Assembly (NCBI GenBank): GCA_028356125.1
Contig: JAOMTZ010000006.1
Location: forward strand, 3,350 to 67,349
DNA from: Candidatus Poseidoniaceae archaeon
Lineage (GTDB): Archaea; Thermoplasmatota; Poseidoniia; Poseidoniales; Poseidoniaceae
Direction of reading: 5' to 3'
DNA length: 64,000 bases
Shown here: piece after piece, positions 9,425 through 19,138 of the stretch
Numbering within the stretch: the first letter of the stretch is position 1
Layout of the letters: each line of letters opens with the position of its first letter
Position numbers and translations under genes: made by a program
The notes under the pieces: model-generated
The model's database searches: none
What the model was told of the DNA's origin: nothing
What the model saw: the letters and a program-made list of their open reading frames with translations, nothing else

Positions 9425-11279
9425 AATGACTGAAGAATATACATCCCACGAGTACGATGTTGTTGTAATTGGAGCCGGAGGTGCTGGATTACGTGCGGCT
9501 ATTGAAGCAGCAAGAAGCGGGGCTAAGACCGCAATTATCACCAAGTCCTTGTTGGGTAAAGCCCACACTGTTATGGCAGAAGGCGGCTGTGCTGCTGCTC
9601 TGCAAAATGCAGATCCTAGAGATGGGTGGGAAGTTCATTTCCACGATACCATGAAAGGTAGCAAGTGGCTTGCTAACTGGCGAATGGCTGAATTCCATGC
9701 AAAAGAAGCTCCAGACAGGGTCAGAGAGTTAGAGCAATGGGGAGCAGTATTCGATAGAACCGATAAGAATCTCATCAACCAGCGTAACTTCGGTGGGCAC
9801 ACATTCCCTCGACTAGCGCACGTTGGAGACGCAACTGGTCTCGAATTGATTCGAACTCTTCAGGAAAGAGGAATTCATGAAGGGATTGACATGTTCACAG
9901 AAGTGACTGTTCGTAGTTTACTCAAAGAAGGCGACAGAGTCACTGGCTGTGTTGCTTACACCAGAGTTGACGGCGAATTCCATGCATTCTCTGCAAAGTC
10001 AGTTGTTCTTGCAACTGGCGGAATTACACGATGCTGGTCGGTATGTTCAGGTTCTTGGGAATATACAGGAGATGGACATGCTCTGGCCCTATGGGCAGGC
10101 GCAGAACTTCGCGATATGGAGTTCGTGCAATTCCACCCAACCGGAATGGTTTGGCCTCCATCTGTTAGAGGGATCCTCGTGACAGAAGGTGTTCGTGGAG
10201 AAGGCGGACGTTTGACAAATTCGAAGGGAGACCGTTTCATGTTCGATTATGTCCCTGAAATGTTCGCAGGTGACCATGCTGCTACTGTTGAAGAATCCGA
10301 TCAATGGGTTGAGGAAGTGGTATCTGGCAAGCTTGCTACAGTTCGCAGACCTCCAGAGTTACTAACTCGTGACGTAGTTGCTAAAGCAATCAACAGTGAA
10401 GTGAAAGCAGGTAGAGGTAGCCCTCACGGCGGAGCATTCCTAGATATCTCACACAGAGGTAAGGAAGCAATTCTTGCTAAGTTGCCTTCAATGCATCACC
10501 AATTCAAGGAATTGGCAGGAGTTGATATCTCAGAAGAGCCTATGGAAGTAGGTCCAACTGCTCACTATGTAATGGGCGGAGTTGTTGTTGATGCTGAATC
10601 TCAAGAAACTACAGTTCCTGGCTTATTTGCTTGTGGAGAAGTTGCGAGTGGACTGCATGGCGCTAACAGATTAGGTGGTAATTCCCTATCCGATCTTATC
10701 GTATTCGGTAAGAGAGCAGGAGAACATGCTGCTAAGCGTTCTACAGACCTTGCTCAACCTGGAATCGATAAATCACAAGTTCAGGCTGCAATCAAGGAAA
10801 TGATTGCGCCACTTGAAAGAGGCGAAGGAGAGAATCCCGGTCTCATCTATGACGAAATGCGTAATATGATGCAAGAAAAGGTAGGAATCATTCGAGTAAA
10901 GGATGAACTAGAACAAGCACTGGCCGACCTCAAGCAATTCTCTCTTAGAGAACAGAGTTGTTTCCCAGGAACAAGCCGTAAGTACAACTCTGGATGGCAC
11001 CAAGCATTGGACCTCAAAAATATGGTCGACATCTCAACAGTCGCTACCTTGGCCGCTCTAACTCGAGAAGAGAGTCGTGGTGGGCACACAAGAGATGACT
11101 TCCCGGGTCACGAAGATGAATTCTGGGGTAACAATTTGAACATCTGTTGGATGGAAGATGGTGAAATTAAGATACGACAAGAACCGATTGAAGAAATGAG
11201 AGATGATCTCAAAGAAACAATCAATGAAGTCAAGTCAATGATTGCTGAAAGAGCAGCAGAACAGGGAGGCGAAAACTAA
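9417..11279 (+). CDS. sdhA: Succinate dehydrogenase/fumarate reductase flavoprotein subunit
   Basis: N-terminal FAD fold VVVIGAGGAGLRAAIEA, HYVMGGV, and 620 aa typical of SdhA/FrdA. Confidence 0.9.
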   Translation: MLEMTEEYTSHEYDVVVIGAGGAGLRAAIEAARSGAKTAIITKSLLGKAHTVMAEGGCAAALQNADPRDGWEVHFHDTMKGSKWLANWRMAEFHAKEAPDRVRELEQWGAVFDRTDKNLINQRNFGGHTFPRLAHVGDATGLELIRTLQERGIHEGIDMFTEVTVRSLLKEGDRVTGCVAYTRVDGEFHAFSAKSVVLATGGITRCWSVCSGSWEYTGDGHALALWAGAELRDMEFVQFHPTGMVWPPSVRGILVTEGVRGEGGRLTNSKGDRFMFDYVPEMFAGDHAATVEESDQWVEEVVSGKLATVRRPPELLTRDVVAKAINSEVKAGRGSPHGGAFLDISHRGKEAILAKLPSMHHQFKELAGVDISEEPMEVGPTAHYVMGGVVVDAESQETTVPGLFACGEVASGLHGANRLGGNSLSDLIVFGKRAGEHAAKRSTDLAQPGIDKSQVQAAIKEMIAPLERGEGENPGLIYDEMRNMMQEKVGIIRVKDELEQALADLKQFSLREQSCFPGTSRKYNSGWHQALDLKNMVDISTVATLAALTREESRGGHTRDDFPGHEDEFWGNNLNICWMEDGEIKIRQEPIEEMRDDLKETINEVKSMIAERAAEQGGEN

Positions 11280-12046
11280 TGTCACTCAAAGGCAAGAATC
11301 AGAAATTCAAGGTACTTCGTGGAGAAGGCGAAGATGCAGAATTAGAAGAATACGATCTTGAATTGGACGAAGGAATGGTTGTCCTGGATTGTATGCATCG
11401 TATTCAGTATGAACAGGAACCGGACCTCGGAGTTCGCTGGAACTGTAAGGCCGGTAAGTGTGGCTCTTGCAGTGCCGAAATCAACGGCCGTCCTCGCTTG
11501 ATGTGTATGACTCGTATGTCAGATGTTGTCGCTGAAACGCCAGAAGGACAGCCAATCGAAGTACGTCCAATGAAAGCATTCCCGCACATCAAAGATCTAG
11601 TTACAGATGTTTCTTGGAATTATGAAGTCGCTCAGAGGATTAAGCCAATCAAAGGACCGGAAGAGAAAGACTGGGAATTTAATCAGCAAGAAGCTCACAG
11701 AGTACAACAATTCCGTGAATGTATCGAGTGTTTCCTTTGCGTGAACAGTTGCCACGTACTTAGAGACCACCAATTATTCGATGATTTCGCAGGACCAAGA
11801 AATCTTGTAAGATTAGCGCAATATGAAATGCATCCTCTCGATGAAGAAGACCGTATTCCTGAAATTAAGAAGGAGTTTGGAATCGAGTATTGTAACATCA
11901 CAAGATGCTGTACTGAAGTATGCCCTGCAGGAATCCAAATTACTGATGATGCAATTATTCAGTTGAAAGAAAGAGTTGTAGACAGATACTACGATCCACT
12001 TCAGAGAATCTGGAGAAAAATCACTGGAAAGAAAGTTCGAATGTGA
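11279..12046 (+). CDS. sdhB: Succinate dehydrogenase iron-sulfur subunit
   Basis: 2Fe-2S CKAGKCGSC...C and 4Fe-4S CIECFLCVNSC / CTEVCP motifs. Start overlaps the sdhA stop. Confidence 0.9.
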   Translation: MSLKGKNQKFKVLRGEGEDAELEEYDLELDEGMVVLDCMHRIQYEQEPDLGVRWNCKAGKCGSCSAEINGRPRLMCMTRMSDVVAETPEGQPIEVRPMKAFPHIKDLVTDVSWNYEVAQRIKPIKGPEEKDWEFNQQEAHRVQQFRECIECFLCVNSCHVLRDHQLFDDFAGPRNLVRLAQYEMHPLDEEDRIPEIKKEFGIEYCNITRCCTEVCPAGIQITDDAIIQLKERVVDRYYDPLQRIWRKITGKKVRM

Positions 12047-12070
12047 ACTCCATTTTATGCAGGGATTGCT

Positions 12071-13555
12071 ATGTCTAGCCTAACCAGTTCATCTGTTGAG
12101 GCAACAAATCACTTGAACACCAAACTTGCCAGTCTTTTCAAACCAGGAAACGACCTGCTAGGGTACATTTTAGTCGTATTATCGACAATTCTTTGGTTCG
12201 AGGGAAGCAATTTACGTTCATTGAATATTTTGCTTGTGATAATTGCGATATTCTGGTTAGCGGTGAAACTTCTAACTAAGACAAAACTGTTCAGTAAAAA
12301 AGAATCTGATTTTGCAAAACCTAGTTTCAAAAGAAAATTCAAACTATTGTCCTTCATAATAGTAATTTTAGTTGCATTATTGGTTTTGTCTACAGCAATA
12401 GTAGTCAATTTTGCAGAAGATTTTGGTGCTGAACCTTCTTCGCATGATTCACCAAATTTCGAAGATGGAATTTTTGAAAATCTTAATCCAACCACAATGC
12501 AATCTGACGATGTATCGACTTGGGATTTGTTAGGAGATTACCTAGTTAGTGATGATTGTAGGTCGCCTAATGAGAAGTTACCTTCTGAAAAATTTGAGTT
12601 AATGGATTTAGAAGATGGAGAAATTAGTGTGACGTGGTTTGGGCACTCGACAATTCTGATACGGTCAAATAATCTCAGTATAATTACAGATCCAGTCTTC
12701 AGTGATTCGGGCGCAGGCCCTCTCTCTCTAGGGCCAGAACCTTTCCCTTATGAAAACTCATACAGTCTAGACGACTTACCAAAAATAGACTATGTTTTTA
12801 TTTCTCATGACCATTATGACCATTTAGATATGGACACTGTAAAAGAACTCAAAGATTCAGATTTCTTAGTTCCATTAGGAATTAAAAACCACTTATTGGA
12901 ATGGGATATAGATGAAGAAAACATCCAGGAACTAGATTGGTATGATGAAGTGAATCTGACCGAGGATTTGCAAGCAGCACTTACTCCAGCTCGTCACTTT
13001 AGTGGCAGAGGTTTGAGTGACAGTCACAGCACATTGTGGGGTTCATGGGTCTTTAATTTCAATGACAAAAGTATCTACTTTAGTGGAGATACTGGATATA
13101 TGGATGAATTTGTAAATATCAGCGAGAGATATGGTCCATTTGACCTAGCCTTCTTAGATTCGGGACAATACAATGTTGCTTGGCAGCAGATACACATGTT
13201 ACCTGAAGAGGTTATCCAAGCGGGTATTGATCTAAATGCATCTGTAATTCTTCCGATTCATATTTCCAAGTATGAATTAGCCCTACATCACTGGTATGAG
13301 CCAATGGAATTGGTTTCACAACTTGGTGCAGAGAGAAACCTATCAGTAGCAACTCCATTGCTAGGGAGTACTTTCATCATCGGTGAAGAAATTCCGAATG
13401 ATACTTGGTGGCGGGGAGTTTCAGAATGCACAGAGCCATTTTTAGATGAAAACCCAACTGTGGAATATGTACTTATTTACACGGGAATCATTGGAATATT
13501 GTGGATTGTAATCCCTCGAATAAAGAATAGAAAATCAAATCTTGAAGAAGAATAG
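12071..13555 (+). CDS. Membrane-anchored metallo-beta-lactamase-fold hydrolase (NAPE-PLD-like)
   Basis: N-terminal TM helices, then the HDHYDHLD zinc-binding motif of the MBL fold. Confidence 0.6.
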   Translation: MSSLTSSSVEATNHLNTKLASLFKPGNDLLGYILVVLSTILWFEGSNLRSLNILLVIIAIFWLAVKLLTKTKLFSKKESDFAKPSFKRKFKLLSFIIVILVALLVLSTAIVVNFAEDFGAEPSSHDSPNFEDGIFENLNPTTMQSDDVSTWDLLGDYLVSDDCRSPNEKLPSEKFELMDLEDGEISVTWFGHSTILIRSNNLSIITDPVFSDSGAGPLSLGPEPFPYENSYSLDDLPKIDYVFISHDHYDHLDMDTVKELKDSDFLVPLGIKNHLLEWDIDEENIQELDWYDEVNLTEDLQAALTPARHFSGRGLSDSHSTLWGSWVFNFNDKSIYFSGDTGYMDEFVNISERYGPFDLAFLDSGQYNVAWQQIHMLPEEVIQAGIDLNASVILPIHISKYELALHHWYEPMELVSQLGAERNLSVATPLLGSTFIIGEEIPNDTWWRGVSECTEPFLDENPTVEYVLIYTGIIGILWIVIPRIKNRKSNLEEE

Positions 13556-13621
13556 ATTATGCGAATAATTTGTCGAATGATATACCGTTGAGGCAATATA
13601 TCAGGATAGTATACGGCAAAC

Positions 13622-14308
13622 ATGGAGAGAGTAGTTACCAACAAGCGCTTATTTGGAGTTTGTATCTTGAGCGTTTTGATGATGTCATCGCCAGGATGTC
13701 TCGATAATGATGACCCTGCTGAACCAGATCTATCTAATGGCACAGAGGTTACATTGGAGATATACCATGGTTCGAGTTTTGAAGATGCTGAAGCAAACTA
13801 TACTGTCGTCATCACGCTGTATGACGAATTGGTACCACTACATGTTGACAATTTCAAGACACATGCCATCGAGGGGAATTTCGACAATGTTACTTTCCAC
13901 AGAGTAATCGATAATTTCATGATTCAGGGCGGAGACTTCCAGAATCATGATGGAACCGGGGGATATGCTGCAAATTGGTATGGTTATTGCAATGGTCAAG
14001 AAGCAGAACAATCTGAATGTTCATCAGAGGAAAGTTGGACAGTCCCTCTAGAAGCAGACCTTGGTCTTCAACATCTACCTTGTATGGTTTCAATGGCGAG
14101 AACCAACGCTCCAAATTCTGCAGGTTCGCAATTCTTCATAGTACCAGGTGATAGTAATCCTTCACACCTAGATGGTGAGTATTCTGTTTTCGGAGAAGTT
14201 ACAGAAGGTTGTGAACACATAACCACAATCTCTCAAGTGGAAACCGGTCAAAACGATCGCCCGATTCTACCTGTGGTAATACACACTGCTACAGTCGAAG
14301 AGAACTAG
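13622..14308 (+). CDS. Cyclophilin-type peptidyl-prolyl cis-trans isomerase, secreted/lipoprotein
   Basis: FHRVIDNFMIQGGDF cyclophilin core. N-terminal signal with SSPGC. Confidence 0.85.
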   Translation: MERVVTNKRLFGVCILSVLMMSSPGCLDNDDPAEPDLSNGTEVTLEIYHGSSFEDAEANYTVVITLYDELVPLHVDNFKTHAIEGNFDNVTFHRVIDNFMIQGGDFQNHDGTGGYAANWYGYCNGQEAEQSECSSEESWTVPLEADLGLQHLPCMVSMARTNAPNSAGSQFFIVPGDSNPSHLDGEYSVFGEVTEGCEHITTISQVETGQNDRPILPVVIHTATVEEN

Positions 14309-14323
14309 TTTGGCTAAGGTCCA

Positions 14324-14340
14324 CAGCAATACAATTGCTG
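14324..14340. terminator. Hairpin cagcaat-aca-attgctg between convergent genes
   Basis: Perfect 7-bp stem with a 3-nt loop, read directly, between the cyclophilin (+) and RimK (-) 3' ends. Confidence 0.35.
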
Positions 14341-14364
14341 CTGTTTTCAATCATGATGCTTGGA

Positions 14365-15600
14365 TTAAACATCAGATTCTCCAGTTTCAGCATTTGAAAC
14401 CGGTGGTATGTCGAGAAGGGTTCGCTTGACACTCGCTCTCAGTTGTGCTAAGTCTCCGTAACAAATCAATGAATCACGGAATCGCAATTGCAATTCAGGC
14501 TCGGGGTTCCAAATTAGATCACCTGCTCTAGACAAAGCGAAAACTGGCATTTCTCCTTTGAAAATCTCACTTATCGGGGAACCGATTAGATGTGGATGAT
14601 TCCTCAAGTGGACAGAAAGAACGCCTTGGCCAGGTATTGTTTTCAACAATTGGTCCACGTTTACTTCACTGAAATCACATTCAGACAATACATTGTCAAT
14701 AATTGCTCCAGCAACATTCACTCCGCTCGCCTTTTCAATCCCTTCAAGCCCTGGTGATGAATTAACTTCCAAAACCAATGGTCCTTCGTTACCTTCGAGA
14801 AGATCCACTCCTGCAACATTCAATCCTAGAACTCTTGCAGCACGACACGCAACTTCTGCATATTCTTCACTGATTTCCACCTTTTCGACAGTACCGTTTA
14901 GGTGGTAGTTAGAACGGAATTCACGCCCTCTAGCTTTCCTTCTCATAGTGGCAACAACCTTACCGCCCACCACTAGAGCGCGAATATCCTTACCGTGACT
15001 TTCCGCTATGTATTCTTGAATCAGAACGGCTTTACCTGTGACTAACAAGCCTTGAACTAGATTGCGTGTTTCGTGAATTGTATGCCTCAGGAATACGCCT
15101 TGTCCTTGAGTTCCTTGTGTAACCTTGACTACAGCCGGAAGGCCACCAACCGCTTCAATCGCCCTTTCTATGTCTTTCATGTCACGAACATACGCAGTTC
15201 TGGGGGTTGGGATTCTATTTCTTGCTAGAATCTGAGAGGAATGTAATTTATCTCTACTTTGCAAAATACCTTGACTCGAATTGGCAGTCCAAACATCGAG
15301 TTGCTCAAGGTGTCGCAAAACAGAAACACCATGTTTGGTAATCGAGTGACCAATCCTTGGAATCACTGCATCATAATCGAATTTTTGACCCTTGTGCAGA
15401 ATACCAATATCTTGCTCTGCAACGAACAATGAGAATTGCATTGGATCTAATACGGCGACATCAACATCACGCAATCTTGCTTCTTCAACTAAACGTCTTG
15501 TACTGTACAGTCGCGGACCTCGCGACAATACGGCAAGTCTAGTTGTCATGTTACCAGATGAAAACCTAACCTTTTTCAGTCCTTTGCTAAAAATCGGCAA
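14365..15600 (-). CDS. rimK: RimK-family ATP-grasp ligase with a ~110-aa C-terminal extension
   Basis: ATP-grasp region (VVKVTQGTQGQGV..., VNSSPGLEGIE) like RimK/LysX. Extra C-terminal domain of unknown function. Confidence 0.75.
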   Translation of the reverse strand: MPIFSKGLKKVRFSSGNMTTRLAVLSRGPRLYSTRRLVEEARLRDVDVAVLDPMQFSLFVAEQDIGILHKGQKFDYDAVIPRIGHSITKHGVSVLRHLEQLDVWTANSSQGILQSRDKLHSSQILARNRIPTPRTAYVRDMKDIERAIEAVGGLPAVVKVTQGTQGQGVFLRHTIHETRNLVQGLLVTGKAVLIQEYIAESHGKDIRALVVGGKVVATMRRKARGREFRSNYHLNGTVEKVEISEEYAEVACRAARVLGLNVAGVDLLEGNEGPLVLEVNSSPGLEGIEKASGVNVAGAIIDNVLSECDFSEVNVDQLLKTIPGQGVLSVHLRNHPHLIGSPISEIFKGEMPVFALSRAGDLIWNPEPELQLRFRDSLICYGDLAQLRASVKRTLLDIPPVSNAETGESDV

Positions 15601-15637
15601 TCGTTCAATTCAAGTTCTGAATAGTGATGGCCCGACC

Positions 15638-16657
15638 ATGACCGATGATGTCGCAGAAGAACCAATGGTTGTTTCTGAAGAGGAAGATGTTCCGGAGTTG
15701 ACTATTGAAGAACGTCAAGAGGCACTCAAACGTTCACGATGGAATGTGTTCATGTATCTTGGTTTAGCAGCTCTATTTTTCGGATTTGCATTGTATCCAT
15801 TTATGACTACAGTTCTCTATGTTGACGAAGGAATTGGTTCGATTGACAAGACTATTGATGTATGGGGAATGGATGCTCCAGGTGAAGGATTTTCTGATAT
15901 TGCAGTTGAGATTGAAGTTGTAGTCCAATCAGTACCTACTGATATCGAAAGTATTGATGTTTACATGATAGAGAATCCCCAGGGGTGTGATTCAACAGAT
16001 GGTTCTCTTAACAAAGAGAGATTATTACTTCAGCAAGGAAATTCTAGCCATCCAAATAATTACTACTCAATCGAGAATCCCGTAGAATCGAAAAGTTATG
16101 ACATTGAATTCAATGTAGACCCCGGGATTTATTGCGTTCAGATTGCAGTCAGTAAAACAAATAATCAGAATTTTGAAGGAATCAATGTTGAAACTACAGT
16201 CAACATGTACCCTACTCAATTACCTCTGGCATTAGTGGGAATTGTATGCCTTTCATTGTCTGGCTTTGCGTTTATCGGAGCTCAAAAGAACGGCAAACTC
16301 GTCAAGAGTTTAATCGAACCTAAGGTCGAGCCTTCAATCGAAGAAGCGGTTCTATCTCAGACTTCATCTGAGAAAATAATTGCAGGACCGAGCGGTCCTC
16401 CTGGCGGCCCTACTGGTCCGCCATCTGGCCCATCGGGACCTCCTTCTGGTCCAACAGGGCCTCCTGCACCGGGACCTCAAGGTCCACCGGCTGTAGTTGA
16501 AGAATCTCAACCTGAAACAACCGTAACACCAGACACAGATCAAGGCGTTTATGAAGACCAAGGAGACGGTTGGTACTTCCGTAAGTTGCCAGATGGAACT
16601 TATGACCAGACGGTTTACACTTTCAGTGAAGGACAATACTTACCGCATGTAGAGTAA
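15638..16657 (+). CDS. Membrane protein with two TM helices, an extracellular domain and a Pro/Gly GPx repeat tail
   Basis: The ORF-track start at 15392 overlaps rimK. The first non-overlapping ATG at 15638 (MTDDVAEEP) is preferred. Contains GPSGPPGGPTGPPSGPSGPPSGPTGPPAPGPQGPP. Confidence 0.5.
   Translation: MTDDVAEEPMVVSEEEDVPELTIEERQEALKRSRWNVFMYLGLAALFFGFALYPFMTTVLYVDEGIGSIDKTIDVWGMDAPGEGFSDIAVEIEVVVQSVPTDIESIDVYMIENPQGCDSTDGSLNKERLLLQQGNSSHPNNYYSIENPVESKSYDIEFNVDPGIYCVQIAVSKTNNQNFEGINVETTVNMYPTQLPLALVGIVCLSLSGFAFIGAQKNGKLVKSLIEPKVEPSIEEAVLSQTSSEKIIAGPSGPPGGPTGPPSGPSGPPSGPTGPPAPGPQGPPAVVEESQPETTVTPDTDQGVYEDQGDGWYFRKLPDGTYDQTVYTFSEGQYLPHVE
16384..16495 (+). repeat. In-frame tandem tri-codon (G-P-x) collagen-like repeat inside the CDS
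   Basis: Repeated ggnccn units seen directly in the DNA and in the translation. Confidence 0.6.
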
Positions 16658-16667
16658 GATGCTTGAA

Positions 16668-16683
16668 TGGCCCTAAAGGGCCA
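16668..16683. terminator. Hairpin tggccc-taaa-gggcca after the stop of the preceding CDS
   Basis: 6-bp GC stem, 11 nt after the stop at 16657. Confidence 0.35.
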
Positions 16684-16708
16684 CATCTAGCCCCATCCTT
16701 GAAAGAGG

Positions 16709-18799
16709 GTGAAGTTCCCGTACTATTCGATGGGTGAGTCTAGTTCGTATGTCTCTTCCTCGCACACAGTGTCCGAATTGAAGGAAATGTGCAAAAAGAA
16801 CGGCCTCTCTGTAACGGGTCGTAAAGCGGATTTAATCGATAGATTGAATCGCCTTTTCAACGAAGATTCAATTTCGCTTGAAGAAGTTGAAACCGTCCCA
16901 TTACCAAAGATCGACGATACTGAGGAAGAGAAAGAGGAACCGCAAGAGGAAGAAGAGGTCCTTGTTGCAGAGTTCATTGAAGCAGAAATCATTGAAGAAG
17001 TCGTAGAGCCGACTCCAAGTGAATATAAATCAACAAATAATTCATTGACTCTTATGGAGCAAATTAAAAATCCCAAAGTAGCAGCAGTAATCTTAGCAAT
17101 TTTAGTTGCATCAGGTGGTTGGTATTGGTATGCAAACAACCAGTTACAGCCTTTCACTGCAGATGATTTGCGTTATGGGGATTCCATGGGTTACACCGTT
17201 CTAAACGGTGATTTAGATGCCACAGAAGGCTACATTGACTTAGTACTGGACAATATCGAAACCGATGAAGAAGATATTTGTCGTCTCCAATTGGAGTTTG
17301 CTGGTAAAGGAACTACTTCGGTTACAGAAGGCAATAGTAACCAATTGGAACTTGAGGATGATGATACACTACTGGGCGCAGTTCAAGCAAAAGGTGCCTA
17401 TGGATTAGATTGGCTAGCAGTTGAAAAAGTACAGACAAGGGATTTTGATTCGCTAACAGTATCTCGATACAAACACAAAATCTTGTCTCCAAATGAATGC
17501 AGCGATATTGCAGCAGGAGTTGGTGGAACTTTAGAATTCAATACCAAATCCTGGACTGAGATTTCAGAAAGAGACATCATCTCTACCGAAGCAGATTGGA
17601 AACTAAATCTAGACGGAGATTACAGACAGGGCACAACTATGTCGTTCGGACTTGGCGGTGTTCTCGGTTTACTCGAAGAGGTCGCACCAGGTGTTGCGAT
17701 TGTAATTTCACCGATAGAGGTTCGAGATATGTTAGGCACTACTCTGATCCAAGAAGGAGCAAATGGCACTCATCTAGGTTGGGAATGGAACGTGATCGGA
17801 CCTGACGAGGTCGGTGGAGAAGAGATGTGGAAAGTCACCTTAGAACATCGAGAAATACGTGACAACTGCTTTGGTAGTGCTAGAATTACAATGTGGGTTG
17901 ACGAGGAGTCTCCTTGGGCTGTAAAGCAGAATGTAGACGTCACAATCTCCGGTGATCAGGCTGACACCTCATCCTGTGGAACATTCAGTGAACAACTTGC
18001 AGATATTGTCCTACCAGAAGGTTCTCTGAGTTTGAAACTGGAAATGTCCCAGGATACTTTGAAGCGCGGCGACAAATTACTTGACATGGGCAGAAGCTAC
18101 TCTTCAGTTCCAAATGCAGGTGCTTATGTTCCAACAACTTCACAATTATCTGATTGGGGCAGTAATGGCCTACATTTACCAGATAATAGCAGTTTGAGGG
18201 CACACACTCTTGAGATGGCTGTTGATTGTATAGATGGTGGTTTTGTAGATGAGGCAGTAGCTGCAACTTCAACCCTTGATGATGGCGGATATATCTGGAG
18301 GGCAAGAGATGGCCCTAGCAATCAGACAGGAGCCACACAATGGAATTTATCCTATGTTAGTGATGTTCCTACTTCGGGTTGGGTTCTAATCGATGTATAT
18401 GGGACGCCTAGTGATCAGAACTGCGACTATCTCCAACACGGAAGTTACGATAACTCGGTAGCGCACAGTCGGAATGATATTCCTTCAGCGCTTAATTTGA
18501 GTATGCTTGAACAAGATTTGGCAGATTCCATGAGGTATCCAAGACTAACCGGTGATGATGGTTTCTTCAATTCAAACGGTGAATACCATTCTACAACAAG
18601 GATCGGGCATCTAATTGTAACTCCTGACGGTGATTATACCGACTGGCTGAATAGTCTAAATTCTGGAGATACTGGTGCAACGACACTAGACCTGACTCGT
18701 TCTTGGCAATCTGGAGAATGGGATAATTCCCTTTCTCTAGCCATGGATGCAACCAATGGGCAAGTTGTAGGTTGGAATTTCATCCAAACACCGATATGA
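16709..18799 (+). CDS. SAP-domain membrane protein with a large extracytoplasmic domain
   Basis: N-terminal ELKEMCKKNGLSVTGRKADLIDRLNRLF matches the SAP helix-extended-helix motif. An acidic linker, a single TM (VAAVILAILVASGGWYWYA) and a ~540-aa domain follow. Confidence 0.5.
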   Translation: MKFPYYSMGESSSYVSSSHTVSELKEMCKKNGLSVTGRKADLIDRLNRLFNEDSISLEEVETVPLPKIDDTEEEKEEPQEEEEVLVAEFIEAEIIEEVVEPTPSEYKSTNNSLTLMEQIKNPKVAAVILAILVASGGWYWYANNQLQPFTADDLRYGDSMGYTVLNGDLDATEGYIDLVLDNIETDEEDICRLQLEFAGKGTTSVTEGNSNQLELEDDDTLLGAVQAKGAYGLDWLAVEKVQTRDFDSLTVSRYKHKILSPNECSDIAAGVGGTLEFNTKSWTEISERDIISTEADWKLNLDGDYRQGTTMSFGLGGVLGLLEEVAPGVAIVISPIEVRDMLGTTLIQEGANGTHLGWEWNVIGPDEVGGEEMWKVTLEHREIRDNCFGSARITMWVDEESPWAVKQNVDVTISGDQADTSSCGTFSEQLADIVLPEGSLSLKLEMSQDTLKRGDKLLDMGRSYSSVPNAGAYVPTTSQLSDWGSNGLHLPDNSSLRAHTLEMAVDCIDGGFVDEAVAATSTLDDGGYIWRARDGPSNQTGATQWNLSYVSDVPTSGWVLIDVYGTPSDQNCDYLQHGSYDNSVAHSRNDIPSALNLSMLEQDLADSMRYPRLTGDDGFFNSNGEYHSTTRIGHLIVTPDGDYTDWLNSLNSGDTGATTLDLTRSWQSGEWDNSLSLAMDATNGQVVGWNFIQTPI

Positions 18800-18808
18800 G
18801 GGTTTTAG

Positions 18809-19138
18809 ATGAGTGGACGAGGATTAGACCATCTTATTGAACAGAATGAAACCGACCTTGGGTTTCTTTCTGCATACGGAGGGGGCGAATCGCCCGAAGA
18901 ACTGCTTGCATTGATTCAGCAATCGATATGTGATGAAATGAATATCGAGATTAATGATGAAGGGATTTTATTCGTTTTAGTGGCTAAAAATTTACCTTTG
19001 GTCGCCTCAGACATAAATCGTAGAGGCTTTCTTAATGGTGAATTAAAACCAGAAGGTGTTACTGTTACAATCACAGATTATGGACCAGAGCAAAAGCGCT
19101 TCATTGAAAGGCTAGTAGAATTCATTTGTAGCGAATGA
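18809..19138 (+). CDS. Small acidic hypothetical protein
   Basis: 109-aa ORF that tightly follows the SAP protein gene. Confidence 0.35.
   Translation: MSGRGLDHLIEQNETDLGFLSAYGGGESPEELLALIQQSICDEMNIEINDEGILFVLVAKNLPLVASDINRRGFLNGELKPEGVTVTITDYGPEQKRFIERLVEFICSE

Noticed and set aside
15392-15637. Long N-terminal extension of the 15392-16657 ORF
   Set aside because: It overlaps the start of the rimK gene on the opposite strand by ~200 nt. The downstream ATG at 15638 gives a non-overlapping gene.
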